Origin: Pseudomonadota bacterium
Lineage (GTDB): Bacteria > Pseudomonadota > Gammaproteobacteria > CALCKW01
DNA: 64,000 bases
Reading direction: 5' to 3'
Assembly: GCA_039196715.1 (NCBI GenBank)
Contig: JBCCUP010000003.1
Span: 34,097 to 98,096 of the forward strand
Below the pieces are notes generated by a model. It made no database searches. It was not told the origin of the DNA and was given only the letters and a program-made list of their open reading frames with translations. Made by a program: the position numbers and the translations under genes. Numbering within the stretch: position 1 is the first letter of the stretch; each line of letters opens with the position of its first letter. This document shows, piece by piece, positions 28,471-40,986 of the stretch.

Positions 28471-29751
28471 ATGATCGACCGTGTCAGCGACGCAAAAATT
28501 GCAATAATCGGCTTGGGTTACGTGGGCTTGCCGCTCGCCGTGGAGTTCGGCAAGCAGTACCCGACGACTGGCTTTGACATCTCCGCCGAGCGCGTGGCCG
28601 AGCTCGAACGCGGCATCGATCGCACGCTCGAAGTCGAATCCGCCGAGCTCGCAACCAGCACGCAGCTGCGCTACACATCGGACCCGGCCGACCTCGCCGA
28701 CAGCACGGTCTACATCGTGACCGTCCCGACCCCCATCGACAGCGCGAACCAACCCGACCTGACTCCGCTGACCCGGGCGAGTGAAACCCTCGGCCGCGTG
28801 CTCAAGCGCGGCGACATCGTGATCTACGAGTCGACCGTCTACCCCGGTGCGACGGAGGAACACTGTGTGCCGGTGCTCGAACGCGAGTCCGGCCTGGTCT
28901 ACCAGACCGACTTCCATTGCGGGTACAGCCCGGAGCGGATCAACCCGGGCGACAAGGCCCACCGCGTGACGAATATCCTCAAGGTCACGTCAGGGTCCTC
29001 AGCCGAAGTGGCAGACACCGTCGACGCGCTCTACCGCAGCGTGATTCCGGCTGGCACGCACAAGGCCCCGAGCATCCGCGTCGCCGAAGCGGCGAAAGTC
29101 ATCGAAAACACCCAGCGCGATGTCAACATCGCGCTGATCAACGAGCTCGCGCTGATTTTCAACAAGCTCGGTATCGACACCGAGGACGTGCTCGCCGCCG
29201 CCGGCACCAAGTGGAACTTCCTGCCGTTTAAGCCCGGTTTGGTGGGCGGGCACTGCATCAGCGTCGACCCCTACTACCTGACCCACAAAGCCCAGGAGAT
29301 CGGCTACCACCCGGCGGTGATCCTCGCCGGTCGCCGCATCAACGACGGCATGGGCCAACACATCGCCGAGCAAGTGGTGAAAACCATGGCTGGCAAGGGC
29401 ATTGGTGCCGTTGCCGCCAAGGTGCTGATCTTGGGCCTGGCATTCAAGGAAGACTGCCCGGACCTGCGCAACACACGCGTGGTCGACATCGTCGCCGCGC
29501 TCGAAGAGTACGGCGCACAGACCGACGTGCACGACCCCTGGGTCGACGCGGCGGAGGCCCGTCACGATTACGGCATCGACCTCCTCGACACACCGGCCAC
29601 CGCGCACTACGACGCCATCGTGCTGGCGGTGGGACACCGCCGCTTTGCCGAGTTGGGGGCGCCCGGTATCCGTGCTCACGGCAAACCCAATCACGTGCTG
29701 TACGACGTGAAATCGCTGCTGCCCCGCGAACACGTCGACGCGCGCCTCTAA
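28471..29751 (+). CDS. UDP-sugar 6-dehydrogenase, TviB/WbpO-like (UDP-N-acetylhexosamine dehydrogenase type)
   Basis: [28 protein letters not shown]... with the catalytic-Cys context [20 protein letters not shown] lies 11 nt upstream of the ATG at 28471. Confidence 0.9.
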   Translation: MIDRVSDAKIAIIGLGYVGLPLAVEFGKQYPTTGFDISAERVAELERGIDRTLEVESAELATSTQLRYTSDPADLADSTVYIVTVPTPIDSANQPDLTPLTRASETLGRVLKRGDIVIYESTVYPGATEEHCVPVLERESGLVYQTDFHCGYSPERINPGDKAHRVTNILKVTSGSSAEVADTVDALYRSVIPAGTHKAPSIRVAEAAKVIENTQRDVNIALINELALIFNKLGIDTEDVLAAAGTKWNFLPFKPGLVGGHCISVDPYYLTHKAQEIGYHPAVILAGRRINDGMGQHIAEQVVKTMAGKGIGAVAAKVLILGLAFKEDCPDLRNTRVVDIVAALEEYGAQTDVHDPWVDAAEARHDYGIDLLDTPATAHYDAIVLAVGHRRFAELGAPGIRAHGKPNHVLYDVKSLLPREHVDARL

Positions 29752-29772
29752 CCCCACTTCCCCGGATACACC

Positions 29773-30780
29773 ATGAAAGTTCTGATCACCGGCAGCGCCG
29801 GCTTCATCGGCTCACACCTCGCCCACGTGCTGCTCGACCGCGGCGATGAAGTCGTCGGCATCGACAATGTGAATGACTACTACGATCCCGCGTTGAAGGA
29901 AGCCCGGCTCAGCCGGATATTCGGCAAGCCCGGTTTCACCGAGGTTCGTGCGAGTCTCGAGGACCGCGAGGCGGTGGAGCGCTGCTTTGCCGAACACCGG
30001 CCCGACCGCGTGGTTAACCTCGCGGCCCAGGCCGGGGTGCGGTACTCGCTGGAAAACCCGCACGCGTACATCGACGCCAACGTCGTCGGCTTCCTCAACA
30101 TCCTCGAGGGCTGCCGCCACCACGGCGTGGAGCACCTGGTGTACGCCTCGACCAGCAGCGTGTACGGGGCACACACAAACATGCCGTTCTCGGTGCACGA
30201 GCACGTCGACCACCCGGTCAGCCTGTACGCAGCAACCAAGAAATCCAATGAGCTCATGGCCCACACCTACGCTCATCTGTTCGGATTGCCGGTCACGGGC
30301 CTGCGGTTCTTCACCGTCTACGGTCCGTGGGGTCGGCCTGACATGGCGCTGTTCCTGTTCACGCGAAAAATCCTCGCCGGCGAACCGATCGACGTCTTCA
30401 ACTACGGCAAGCACAAACGCGATTTCACCTACGTGGACGACATCGTCGAGGGGGTGAAACGGGCCCTGGACAACGTCGCCACGCCGAACGACGCGTGGCA
30501 GGGTGATGCCCCGGATTCCGCCACCAGCAGCGCGCCCTACCGCATCTACAACATCGGCAACAACAGCCCGGTGGAGCTCGAGCGTTACATTGCCGTGCTC
30601 GAAGACAAGCTCGGTATCGAGGCGAAGCGCAACCTGCTGCCGCTGCAACCGGGCGACGTGCCGGACACCTACGCCGACGTCAGCGACCTGGTGCGGGACG
30701 TCGGCTACAAACCGGACACACCGATCGAAGTCGGTATCGGCAACTTTGTCGAGTGGTACCGCGACTACTATCGGGTCTAG
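29773..30780 (+). CDS. NAD-dependent UDP-uronate 4-epimerase (SDR, Cap1J/TviC-like)
   Basis: [16 protein letters not shown]...[14 protein letters not shown] and YAATKKSNE (YxxxK). Confidence 0.9.
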   Translation: MKVLITGSAGFIGSHLAHVLLDRGDEVVGIDNVNDYYDPALKEARLSRIFGKPGFTEVRASLEDREAVERCFAEHRPDRVVNLAAQAGVRYSLENPHAYIDANVVGFLNILEGCRHHGVEHLVYASTSSVYGAHTNMPFSVHEHVDHPVSLYAATKKSNELMAHTYAHLFGLPVTGLRFFTVYGPWGRPDMALFLFTRKILAGEPIDVFNYGKHKRDFTYVDDIVEGVKRALDNVATPNDAWQGDAPDSATSSAPYRIYNIGNNSPVELERYIAVLEDKLGIEAKRNLLPLQPGDVPDTYADVSDLVRDVGYKPDTPIEVGIGNFVEWYRDYYRV

Positions 30781-30807
30781 GTCGCCGCCACACCCTGTCA
30801 GCCGGCG

Positions 30808-31137
30808 CTAGCGCGGTGCTGCGAGGCTCAGCAGCACCGCCGCGCGGTCAGGCGCCGACCGCCACAGCGCCTGCTTGGCGTGCGGCGCCAGCGTCTTGAT
30901 CCGACGCTCGACGCTGAGCGCCTCTGCGCGGGTGCGCATCGGGGCCTGCCAGCGCAGCGTCAATCGCGCACAACCGCGTAGACAGCGCGCACCGCGGCCC
31001 GCGGTGTGGGCGGCAAAGCGCTTGCCCACATCGGTCGACACGCCGGTATACAGGTGACCGCGGTCGGTTTCGAGCATGTACACCCACCAGGTTTTCCCCG
31101 CCGGACCAGGCGTGTGTGCGGACTCATGCATGCCCAT
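30808..31137 (-). CDS. GIY-YIG domain protein (UPF0213/YhbQ-like)
   Basis: WWVYMLETDRGHLYTGVSTDVGKRFAAH..G.GA...R...L..RIK. Confidence 0.8.
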   Translation of the reverse strand: MGMHESAHTPGPAGKTWWVYMLETDRGHLYTGVSTDVGKRFAAHTAGRGARCLRGCARLTLRWQAPMRTRAEALSVERRIKTLAPHAKQALWRSAPDRAAVLLSLAAPR

Positions 31138-31198
31138 TGCGAATCATTCTCGTTTAGCCTACCATCGCGCCTAAACAGGTTTTAGTACACTGCCGGTC

Positions 31199-31456
31199 AT
31201 GAGCCAAGACGACACTGCAGCCCACCTGCGCCTCGCCCGGCGCCTGATCCGTGTCTACGCCCACGCCCCGGACAACGACACGGCGAGCGACGTCGCGGAC
31301 GCGTTCGAACGCTGCCTTGATTGCCCGCTGAAGTCCCTGCGCCTGCGGTGCTGCCTGCGTCGCGAAGCAAAGCGCTGGCGCGCACTGAGCGACCGGTGTG
31401 ACAGTGCGCACGACGCGCCGCCTGACGCGCCGCCCCCGCCCCTGACGCTGCACTGA
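31199..31456 (+). CDS. Hypothetical small protein (85 aa)
   Basis: The only support is an open frame with strongly G/C-biased third positions in the gap between GIY-YIG and nagZ. No family recognised, and competing antisense ORFs exist. Confidence 0.3.
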   Translation: MSQDDTAAHLRLARRLIRVYAHAPDNDTASDVADAFERCLDCPLKSLRLRCCLRREAKRWRALSDRCDSAHDAPPDAPPPPLTLH

Positions 31457-31467
31457 CAGCACCGGCG

Positions 31468-32517
31468 CTAGGGCGTCGCCGCGCTCTCCTGCCAGGCACG
31501 GTCAAGCGTCTGGATACGCGCGGCGTCGCCCACGTGAACGTTCGCCGCCCGACTCGCCGAGCGCTGCCGCAGTGCGTCGACGCGCCGCGCGCGGGCGTCC
31601 TGCTCGCCGACATCCCGCAACCCGTCCAACAGCGTGGCGACGGCCCCAGGTCGTTGACAGCTGAGGATCAGATCACAGCCCGCCGCGAGCGCAGCCTCGG
31701 CCGAGGCGACAATGCCTCCGGGCATGGCCGCCGCTGCCATGCTGAGGTCGTCGCTGATGATCAGTCCGGCAAAACCCAATTGCTGCCGCAGGACGCCCTG
31801 CAGCCACCGTCGAGAGAAGCCCACTGGTCGGTCATCGATCGCCGAAAAGCAGACGTGGGCGGGCAACACACCGTCAATTCCCGCGCGCACCAGGGCCTCG
31901 AAGGGCGCCGCATCGCGCTCACGCAGCGTGTCCCAGGGACGGGGGTCCACGGCCTGTGCCGTGTGAGTGTCCTCGACGACCCCACCGTGACCGGGGAAAT
32001 GCTTCGCCACCGCACCGAGTCCGCCGGACTGGATGCCCTGAACGACGGCGGCCGCCAGCGCCGTGGTCACGGCCGGATCCGCCGAGAAGGCGCGGCTGCC
32101 AATCACCGAACCGCCGCCCTGAAGATCGACCACCGGCGCGAGATTGACATCGACACCGACCGCAGCAAGCTCCTGCGCCATGACGCGGCCAACCGCGGCG
32201 GCGGTCGCAATCGCTTCGTCCGGGTCACGGCCGTGGAGCCAACCCAGGGCCGCCGCGGGCGGCAACGCGCTGAAACCGTCGCGAAAGCGTTGCACGCGTC
32301 CACCCTCGTGGTCGACCAACACCAGCGGGTGCACGCCATGGGCGGCACGGCAGTCTGCGATCAGGGCCCGCAGCTGCGCCGGATCCGCGTAATTGTGCCG
32401 AAACAGGATCACCCCGCCGACCAGTGGATGCGCAAGCATGTCGCGCTCCTCCGCGCTCAGTTCGAGCCCGACAGGGTCGAACGCGAGCGGCCCACGCCCA
32501 GCTCGGCGCGCGATCAC
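31468..32517 (-). CDS. nagZ: Beta-N-acetylhexosaminidase NagZ (GH3)
   Basis: GGVILF..N......L......LVLVDHEGGRVQRF...KHFPGHG...ISDDLSM. The GTG start overlaps the ispF stop (GTGA). Confidence 0.92.
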   Translation of the reverse strand: MIARRAGRGPLAFDPVGLELSAEERDMLAHPLVGGVILFRHNYADPAQLRALIADCRAAHGVHPLVLVDHEGGRVQRFRDGFSALPPAAALGWLHGRDPDEAIATAAAVGRVMAQELAAVGVDVNLAPVVDLQGGGSVIGSRAFSADPAVTTALAAAVVQGIQSGGLGAVAKHFPGHGGVVEDTHTAQAVDPRPWDTLRERDAAPFEALVRAGIDGVLPAHVCFSAIDDRPVGFSRRWLQGVLRQQLGFAGLIISDDLSMAAAAMPGGIVASAEAALAAGCDLILSCQRPGAVATLLDGLRDVGEQDARARRVDALRQRSASRAANVHVGDAARIQTLDRAWQESAATP

Positions 32518-32995
32518 GCAGCCGGTTCGCGCAGGGTCACGACGGCAAACGCCGAAATGCCCCCGGCGCGTCCGCTGAAACCGAGCCGGTTGCTGGTGGT
32601 GGCCTTGACAGTGACAGAGCGCCGATCAAGGCCGAGGCCTGCCGCCACGGTCACCGCCATCGTCTCGGTGTGCGGCGCGCGCGTGGGCGCCTTGGCAGCC
32701 ACGGAGACGTCGGCGTTGTGGCATGCCAGGCGACGTCTGCCACGCGGTCGACAACCGAGCGCAACAGCATGCGGCTGTCTGCGCCACGCCACTGCGGATC
32801 GGTGTCGGGCACATGCTGGCTGATGTCACCAAGCGCCGCAGCGCCGAGGACCGCGTCGGCCAGGGCGTGCACGGCTTTGTCACCGTCGCTGTGGGCCACG
32901 AATCCCGGGTGAAACGGCACGCGCACGCCGCAGAGCATCGGGTGATCGCCCGGGCCGAGGGCCTGCACGTCAAAACGGTGTCCTGCGCGAATCAC
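32514..32995 (-). pseudogene. ispF: ispF (MECDP synthase) interrupted by a frameshift
   Basis: N-terminal ~85 codons are in ORF 32651..32995 ([45 protein letters not shown]). The rest is in ORF 32514..32792 (..[15 protein letters not shown]...VTVKATTSNRLGFSGR.GGIS). The frames join with a 1-nt gap near 32731..32740. Confidence 0.8.
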
Positions 32996-33618
32996 CGAGC
33001 GCCTCCTGCGGGTTCGTCGGTTTGATGCTCGAGCATAGACGCTGCCAGCGCGAGGTCGCCGGGCCGCGTGACCGGGATGTTGTCATCCCGGCCCGCCACC
33101 ACCAACACCCGGTGACCGGCCCGTTCCATCGCCGAGGTATCGTCGCTCACCGCCACGCCGTCGCGCCTCGTCAACCCGCCTGATCGTGCCGCGCACGGGC
33201 GACGCGGGCGTACCGCCGTCGGCGTCCGATTCACGCACGGCCTGCAGAAGCCGCTGCACACCGGCGAGCGCGACGCACGGGCACTCGGCGTCGTGCACCA
33301 ACACCCAGCTCGTCGCAGGCTGGTCAGCCAGCGCATCGAGCAGGGCCAACACCGAGCTTGCCCGATCGACGCCACCCGAGACCGTCTCGACCCCCGGCCA
33401 CCGGCGCACAACGGTGCCCGGGTCGTTCGGCGCAAAGGCCACCAGCGTGCGTTCGACGCCGCGGGGCAACGCGTGGTGTGCTCGAGGGTGTGGGCGATGA
33501 CCGTGCTGCCGCGCAACGCGGCGCACTGTTCGGGGCGTTCCCCGCCGGTTCGGGCACCGTGTCCCGCAGCGAGGATCAGCGCGATCACGGGTTCAAGGCG
33601 AGGCGTCGCGTCACTCAC
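32992..33618 (-). pseudogene. ispD: ispD (MEP cytidylyltransferase) with two frame changes and an internal deletion
   Basis: The ends match IspD in the frame of ORF 32992..33618. The middle third (GVERTLVAF..SWVLVHDAECPC..PASPVRGTIRRVDEA) is in the frame of ORF 33083..33526. About 40 residues between the PVR..T and (I/V)(T/S)D(E/D).SA.E blocks are missing. Confidence 0.8.
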
Positions 33619-33892
33619 CCGACGCGGCGGTGTCGTCCAGGAGCTGAAAGAACACTTCGTCTTCGCGGATCATACCGAGTTCGGTGCGGGCGATCTCCTC
33701 GACTGCATCGAGCCCGGATTTGAGATCGTTGACCTCGGCGAACAGCGCGCGATTGCGTTCGACCAGGCGCTGCGTCTCCTGCCGCTTGTCGTCAATCTGG
33801 TCGCGCAGCTGCCACACTTCCTGGACGCTGCCCTGCCCGAACCAAAGCTTGTATTGCAAGCCTGCAATCAGGGCCAGGGCGATGAAGGTCAT
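33611..33892 (-). CDS. ftsB: Cell division protein FtsB
   Basis: MTFIALALIAGLQYKLWFG.GS...........Q...L..RN..L..EV.DLK.G.DA.EE.AR.ELGM. ATG at 33892 (the track start is a TTG six codons upstream). Confidence 0.88.
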   Translation of the reverse strand: MTFIALALIAGLQYKLWFGQGSVQEVWQLRDQIDDKRQETQRLVERNRALFAEVNDLKSGLDAVEEIARTELGMIREDEVFFQLLDDTAASGE

Positions 33893-33934
33893 GGCGCGCA
33901 CGGGCGTCAACTCGTCAGTTCCACTCGGCGCACA

Positions 33935-35248
<1,314 letters not shown>

Positions 35249-35297
35249 TCAGTCAAAGGTGTGGCAGCAGCAGCAAGGTTCGTGACAGGGCAGCGGG

Positions 35298-36149
35298 TCA
35301 CGCCAGGGGATCCGCCAGCAGCGCCGCTTCCGCGAGTGGCCGGGATTTCACCACCGCATCGAGCTCGAGCAGTTGCTCGACCAACGCAGGCATCGCCGCC
35401 AGAGGCCACGCGTTGGGACCGTCGCAGAGTGCCCTGTCCGGATCCGGGTGGGTTTCCATGAATACCCCCGACACACCGGCCGCCACGGCAGCACGCGCCA
35501 ACACCGGTACAAACTGGCGTTCGCCACCGCTCGCGCCGCCGAGGCCGCCCGGCAGCTGCACCGAGTGGGTCGCGTCAAACACCACCGGACACGCGGTGTC
35601 CCGCATGATGGCAAGCGCACGCATGTCAGACACCAGGTTGTTGTAGCCGAAACTCACGCCACGCTCACAGACCATGATCTGCGCGTTGCCCGTCTCGTGC
35701 GCCTTGTCAACCACGTTGCGCATGTCGGCGGGCGCAAGAAACTGCCCTTTCTTGATGTTGACGGGTTTGCCGGTGGCGGCGACACGCCGAATGAAATTGG
35801 TCTGCCGACAGAGGAAGGCCGGTGTCTGCAGCACGTCGACGACACTCGCAACCTCGTCGAGCGGCGTGTCCTCGTGGACGTCCGTGAGCACCGGCAACCC
35901 GGTCTCCTGCCGAACACGCTCGAGAATGCGCAGTCCCTCGGCGACACCCGGCCCGCGGTACGAGGACGCCGACGAGCGGTTCGCCTTGTCAAAACTCGAT
36001 TTGTAGATCAGGTGGCAACCCAGGCGCGCAGCAAGCTCGCGCAGGGTCTCGGCCGTGGAGAGCGCCAGGCTCTCGGATTCGATCACACAGGGCCCGGCAA
36101 TGAAGAACAACGCTTCAGCCAGGCCAACCGGTTTGCCGCACAGCTCCAT
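35298..36149 (-). CDS. kdsA: 2-dehydro-3-deoxyphosphooctonate aldolase (KDO8P synthase)
   Basis: [11 protein letters not shown]....L..A..L...........[16 protein letters not shown]...GL; ATG at 36149 (GTG at 36158 is an alternative). Confidence 0.95.
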   Translation of the reverse strand: MELCGKPVGLAEALFFIAGPCVIESESLALSTAETLRELAARLGCHLIYKSSFDKANRSSASSYRGPGVAEGLRILERVRQETGLPVLTDVHEDTPLDEVASVVDVLQTPAFLCRQTNFIRRVAATGKPVNIKKGQFLAPADMRNVVDKAHETGNAQIMVCERGVSFGYNNLVSDMRALAIMRDTACPVVFDATHSVQLPGGLGGASGGERQFVPVLARAAVAAGVSGVFMETHPDPDRALCDGPNAWPLAAMPALVEQLLELDAVVKSRPLAEAALLADPLA

Positions 36150-36154
36150 TGCCC

Positions 36155-37843
<1,689 letters not shown>

Positions 37844-37856
37844 TTACCACAGCCCG

Positions 37857-39188
37857 CTAAGTCGCTCCAACGAAATCAGCCCGCCTGAAGGCGTGGTCGA
37901 CGCCGAGCTGCTCGACCCAGGCGAGCTCGCCGTCGATATACAAGTACGGCAAGGCCGGGCGCTGCCACGCCGGCACGCCAACGGCGTTGAGCAGCTTCTT
38001 GACCCGGGCTCGTGACCGGCGCGGCGGCTTGAGCAAGGCACTGCCGCACGCGAAGCGGACCTGCCAGCGCCGGTGCAGGTGAGCGCGATCGAGCCCGTCG
38101 GCGAGCACCGTGTCGGCGTGCAACACCTGCCCGGTGGGCAAGGCCAGTGGTTGCGAGGGGTCGGACCACTCGAGGGAGGCACCGGTGTCGAAGACCGGGA
38201 CATCCGGCGCCGCGTGCAGTCGTCCCCGGTGCCGCCGCACCGTGAGGCCGCCCACCCGCAGCGCCGGCTGCGCATCCGCACGGGCCCCGGCGACTTCCGT
38301 GCGCAACCGGTCGAGGGTCGCGCGCGACGGCACCGGCACCCCGTTCCGGTTGAGCCAGCGGTGGAGCAGCGTGCGCGCGTGCGCGGGCGACGCCCGCGCG
38401 AGCAACGCCACTGACACTGTTTCAGCCGCCCCGTCTTGCGCGAGCAGCCCGTCCGCGTGCTGATCGAGCACCAGCGCAGCATCGTCGAAGTTGGCCGCCG
38501 CGGTGCCGATCGAGCGCGACAGTGACGGCCACCGCGCGCGCAGCTGGGGCAGCACGCACTGGCGCAGGAAGTTCCGGTCAAAGCGCGGGTCGGCGTTGCT
38601 CGGGTCTTCGACCCAGGCGAGGCCCTCGGCCTGCGCGACCGCCGCTATCTCGTCGGCTGTGACGCTCAGCCACGGTCGCCAGAGCACACCCGAGCCAAGC
38701 GGCCGCGTCGCTGGAATGCCGGCTGCCCCGTGCGCGCCACTGCCGCGCAGCAACCGCAGCAGCACCGTCTCGGCCTGGTCGTCGGCGTGGTGCGCTTGCA
38801 GCAACACCGCGCCCGGGGGCAGGTGATCGGCGAAGGCGCGGTAGCGCGCTGCACGAGCCGCCGCCTCGAGCCCCTGCCCGTCCGGCTGCACCGCGACCGC
38901 AAGGACCGTGCATTCCACGCCGAGTTCGGCGCAGACGGCCTCGCAGTGCACCGCCCAGTGCCCCGCCGCCGGCTGCAAGCCGTGGTTGATGTGCAGGGCC
39001 GACACAGCCGTGGCGGAGGACGCGAAACACGCGACGACCGAGGTCAGCAAGGTGTGGGAATCCCGGCCTCCGCTGTAGGCCACGACAACCCTGTCGGCGT
39101 CTGGCCAGTGCTGCGGCAGGCGCCCGATCAGGGCGCGCAGCCGCGCGGCGAGGGCCTCGGTGTCAGCCGTCGAACTGCCCGTAGCCAC
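37857..39188 (-). CDS. tilS: tRNA(Ile)-lysidine synthetase
   Basis: PP-loop [15 protein letters not shown]. The start is proposed at GTG 39188, 24 nt inside the accA 3' end. The 81 upstream codons of the track ORF lie antisense-frame over accA and are rejected. Confidence 0.85.
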   Translation of the reverse strand: MATGSSTADTEALAARLRALIGRLPQHWPDADRVVVAYSGGRDSHTLLTSVVACFASSATAVSALHINHGLQPAAGHWAVHCEAVCAELGVECTVLAVAVQPDGQGLEAAARAARYRAFADHLPPGAVLLQAHHADDQAETVLLRLLRGSGAHGAAGIPATRPLGSGVLWRPWLSVTADEIAAVAQAEGLAWVEDPSNADPRFDRNFLRQCVLPQLRARWPSLSRSIGTAAANFDDAALVLDQHADGLLAQDGAAETVSVALLARASPAHARTLLHRWLNRNGVPVPSRATLDRLRTEVAGARADAQPALRVGGLTVRRHRGRLHAAPDVPVFDTGASLEWSDPSQPLALPTGQVLHADTVLADGLDRAHLHRRWQVRFACGSALLKPPRRSRARVKKLLNAVGVPAWQRPALPYLYIDGELAWVEQLGVDHAFRRADFVGAT

Positions 39189-40119
39189 GCAACCTAGCCC
39201 GGCGACGGGTGATGAGTTCCTCGATGGGCATGTCGACGAGATCGTCGAGGTTGCGCACCAGCGAGGCCCGCAAGGCGTTGCTCGCACCGTCAAAATCGCG
39301 GTGTGCGCCGCCAAGCGGTTCCTCGATGATCTCGTCGATGAGATCGAGTTCCTTGAGGCGACCCGAGGTGATGCCAAGCGCGGTTGCCGCGTCGCCGGCT
39401 TTCTCGGCACTCTTCCAGAGGATCGATGCACAGCCTTCGGGCGAGATCACCGAGTAGGTGCTGTACTGCATCATGTTGACGCGGTCGGCCACGCCGATCG
39501 CGAGCGCACCGCCCGAGCCGCCCTCGCCAATGACCGTGGCGACGATCGGCACCTTGAGTTCGCTCATGACGAAGAGGTTGCGGGCGATGGCCTCGGACTG
39601 GTTGCGCTCCTCGGCCTGCACGCCCGGGTACGCACCGGTGGTGTCGATCAGGGTCACGACCGGCAGCGCGAAGCGCTCGGCCATTTCCATCACACGCAGC
39701 GCCTTGCGGTAGCCCTCGGGTTTGGGCATGCCGAAATTGCGCCGCAGTTTTTCCTTGGTGTCCCGACCCTTCTGCTGGCCGATGATGGCGACCGAGCGGC
39801 CCTCGAGGCGACCGATGCCGCAGACCATGGCCTCGTCGTCGGCGAAGTGCCGATCGCCGTGCAGCTCGTGGAAATCGGTGAAGACCGACTGGATGTAGTC
39901 GAGCGCGTAGGGGCGCAAGGGGTGCCGCGCCAACTGCGACACCTGCCAGGGCGTGAGCTTGCCGAAAATGCCCTCGGTGAGCGTCACGAGCTTGCCCTGC
40001 AAGCGGGTGATCTCCTCGTTGAGATTGATGTCCACGTCGGCTGTGGCGATCTTGAGCTCGCGGATCTTGGCGTCGAGCTCGGCGATCGGTTGCTCAAATT
40101 CGAGAAAATTCGGATTCAT
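39163..40119 (-). CDS. accA: Acetyl-CoA carboxylase carboxyltransferase subunit alpha
   Basis: [22 protein letters not shown]...; full-length AccA. Confidence 0.97.
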   Translation of the reverse strand: MNPNFLEFEQPIAELDAKIRELKIATADVDINLNEEITRLQGKLVTLTEGIFGKLTPWQVSQLARHPLRPYALDYIQSVFTDFHELHGDRHFADDEAMVCGIGRLEGRSVAIIGQQKGRDTKEKLRRNFGMPKPEGYRKALRVMEMAERFALPVVTLIDTTGAYPGVQAEERNQSEAIARNLFVMSELKVPIVATVIGEGGSGGALAIGVADRVNMMQYSTYSVISPEGCASILWKSAEKAGDAATALGITSGRLKELDLIDEIIEEPLGGAHRDFDGASNALRASLVRNLDDLVDMPIEELITRRRARLRGYGQFDG

Positions 40120-40185
40120 GCTTCAATTGTACCGTGCGGTTGACACCGTGTCCGCTGCACACGCGATTTCCGCCCGCGTGGCGGA

Positions 40186-40878
40186 GTGCCCGAGACCACA
40201 GCGCGTGCGCCCGCCGGCGTGCGCGGCCGACCAGGAATCCCCACACCCTTGAACCGAGCCAGTGCCAAGCCCGACCCGGGCACCGTTCACCGTCCGATCC
40301 TGTGTGCCTGCCTGCTGTTTCTGGGCGCGCTCGCCACCCTGCCCGTCCGCGCCGAGCAACCCGGGCTCACGCACGGCCGCCTCGCGACATCGGCGGCCAT
40401 CTCCCCGAGGAGCGTTGAACTCGGCGCGCGCTACGCAAGGGATTTCAGTTACCTTGGCGCGCGCTACAACGCGCGCGTGAGCGACCGTACCACGGCGTTC
40501 ATCGACCTCGGGTCGACCCGCTTTGACGGCGCATCCCCGGCCAAGACCGTCGGTGCCGGCGCATACTACTACTGGGGTCCGATCAACCACTGGCTGGATT
40601 TCGCCGCCCGGGCCGCTGTGCACCACATCGCCGGCCGCAGCGACACCACCTTTCTCGGCTTCGACGCACTCTTCAGCAGCGTACACCTGCAGGCGCTGCC
40701 GGCCCGGTGGCAGTGGTACGCCAGCGTCGGCCTGTACCGGCCGCTGAACCGCAGCGACTCGCCCAAGTTGGGCTTGTCACTCGGGCTGGTCAAGCCCACA
40801 TCGCGAGGCCAGGTCTTTGTTGGCTACGACGCCGACGATGCCGCTGTCGCCGCCGGCTATCGGCTGCGCTGGGACTGA
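40186..40878 (+). CDS. Hypothetical small outer-membrane beta-barrel-like protein; start uncertain
   Basis: Signal peptide ILCACLLFLGALATLPVRA-EQ, then alternating Y/G/A-rich strands ending ..AAGYRLRWD (aromatic C-terminus). The true start is probably internal (for example TTG 40249). Confidence 0.5.
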   Translation: MPETTARAPAGVRGRPGIPTPLNRASAKPDPGTVHRPILCACLLFLGALATLPVRAEQPGLTHGRLATSAAISPRSVELGARYARDFSYLGARYNARVSDRTTAFIDLGSTRFDGASPAKTVGAGAYYYWGPINHWLDFAARAAVHHIAGRSDTTFLGFDALFSSVHLQALPARWQWYASVGLYRPLNRSDSPKLGLSLGLVKPTSRGQVFVGYDADDAAVAAGYRLRWD

Positions 40879-40986
40879 TTCCCTGGCACGGTCGGGGCGC
40901 CGTACGGGCGACCTGTGTGGTCCGGTGACGCGCGGTCCGAGGCTTGCATGAGGTGCTGTGCGCGCTGAGCGCTTTCGAGACCGATC

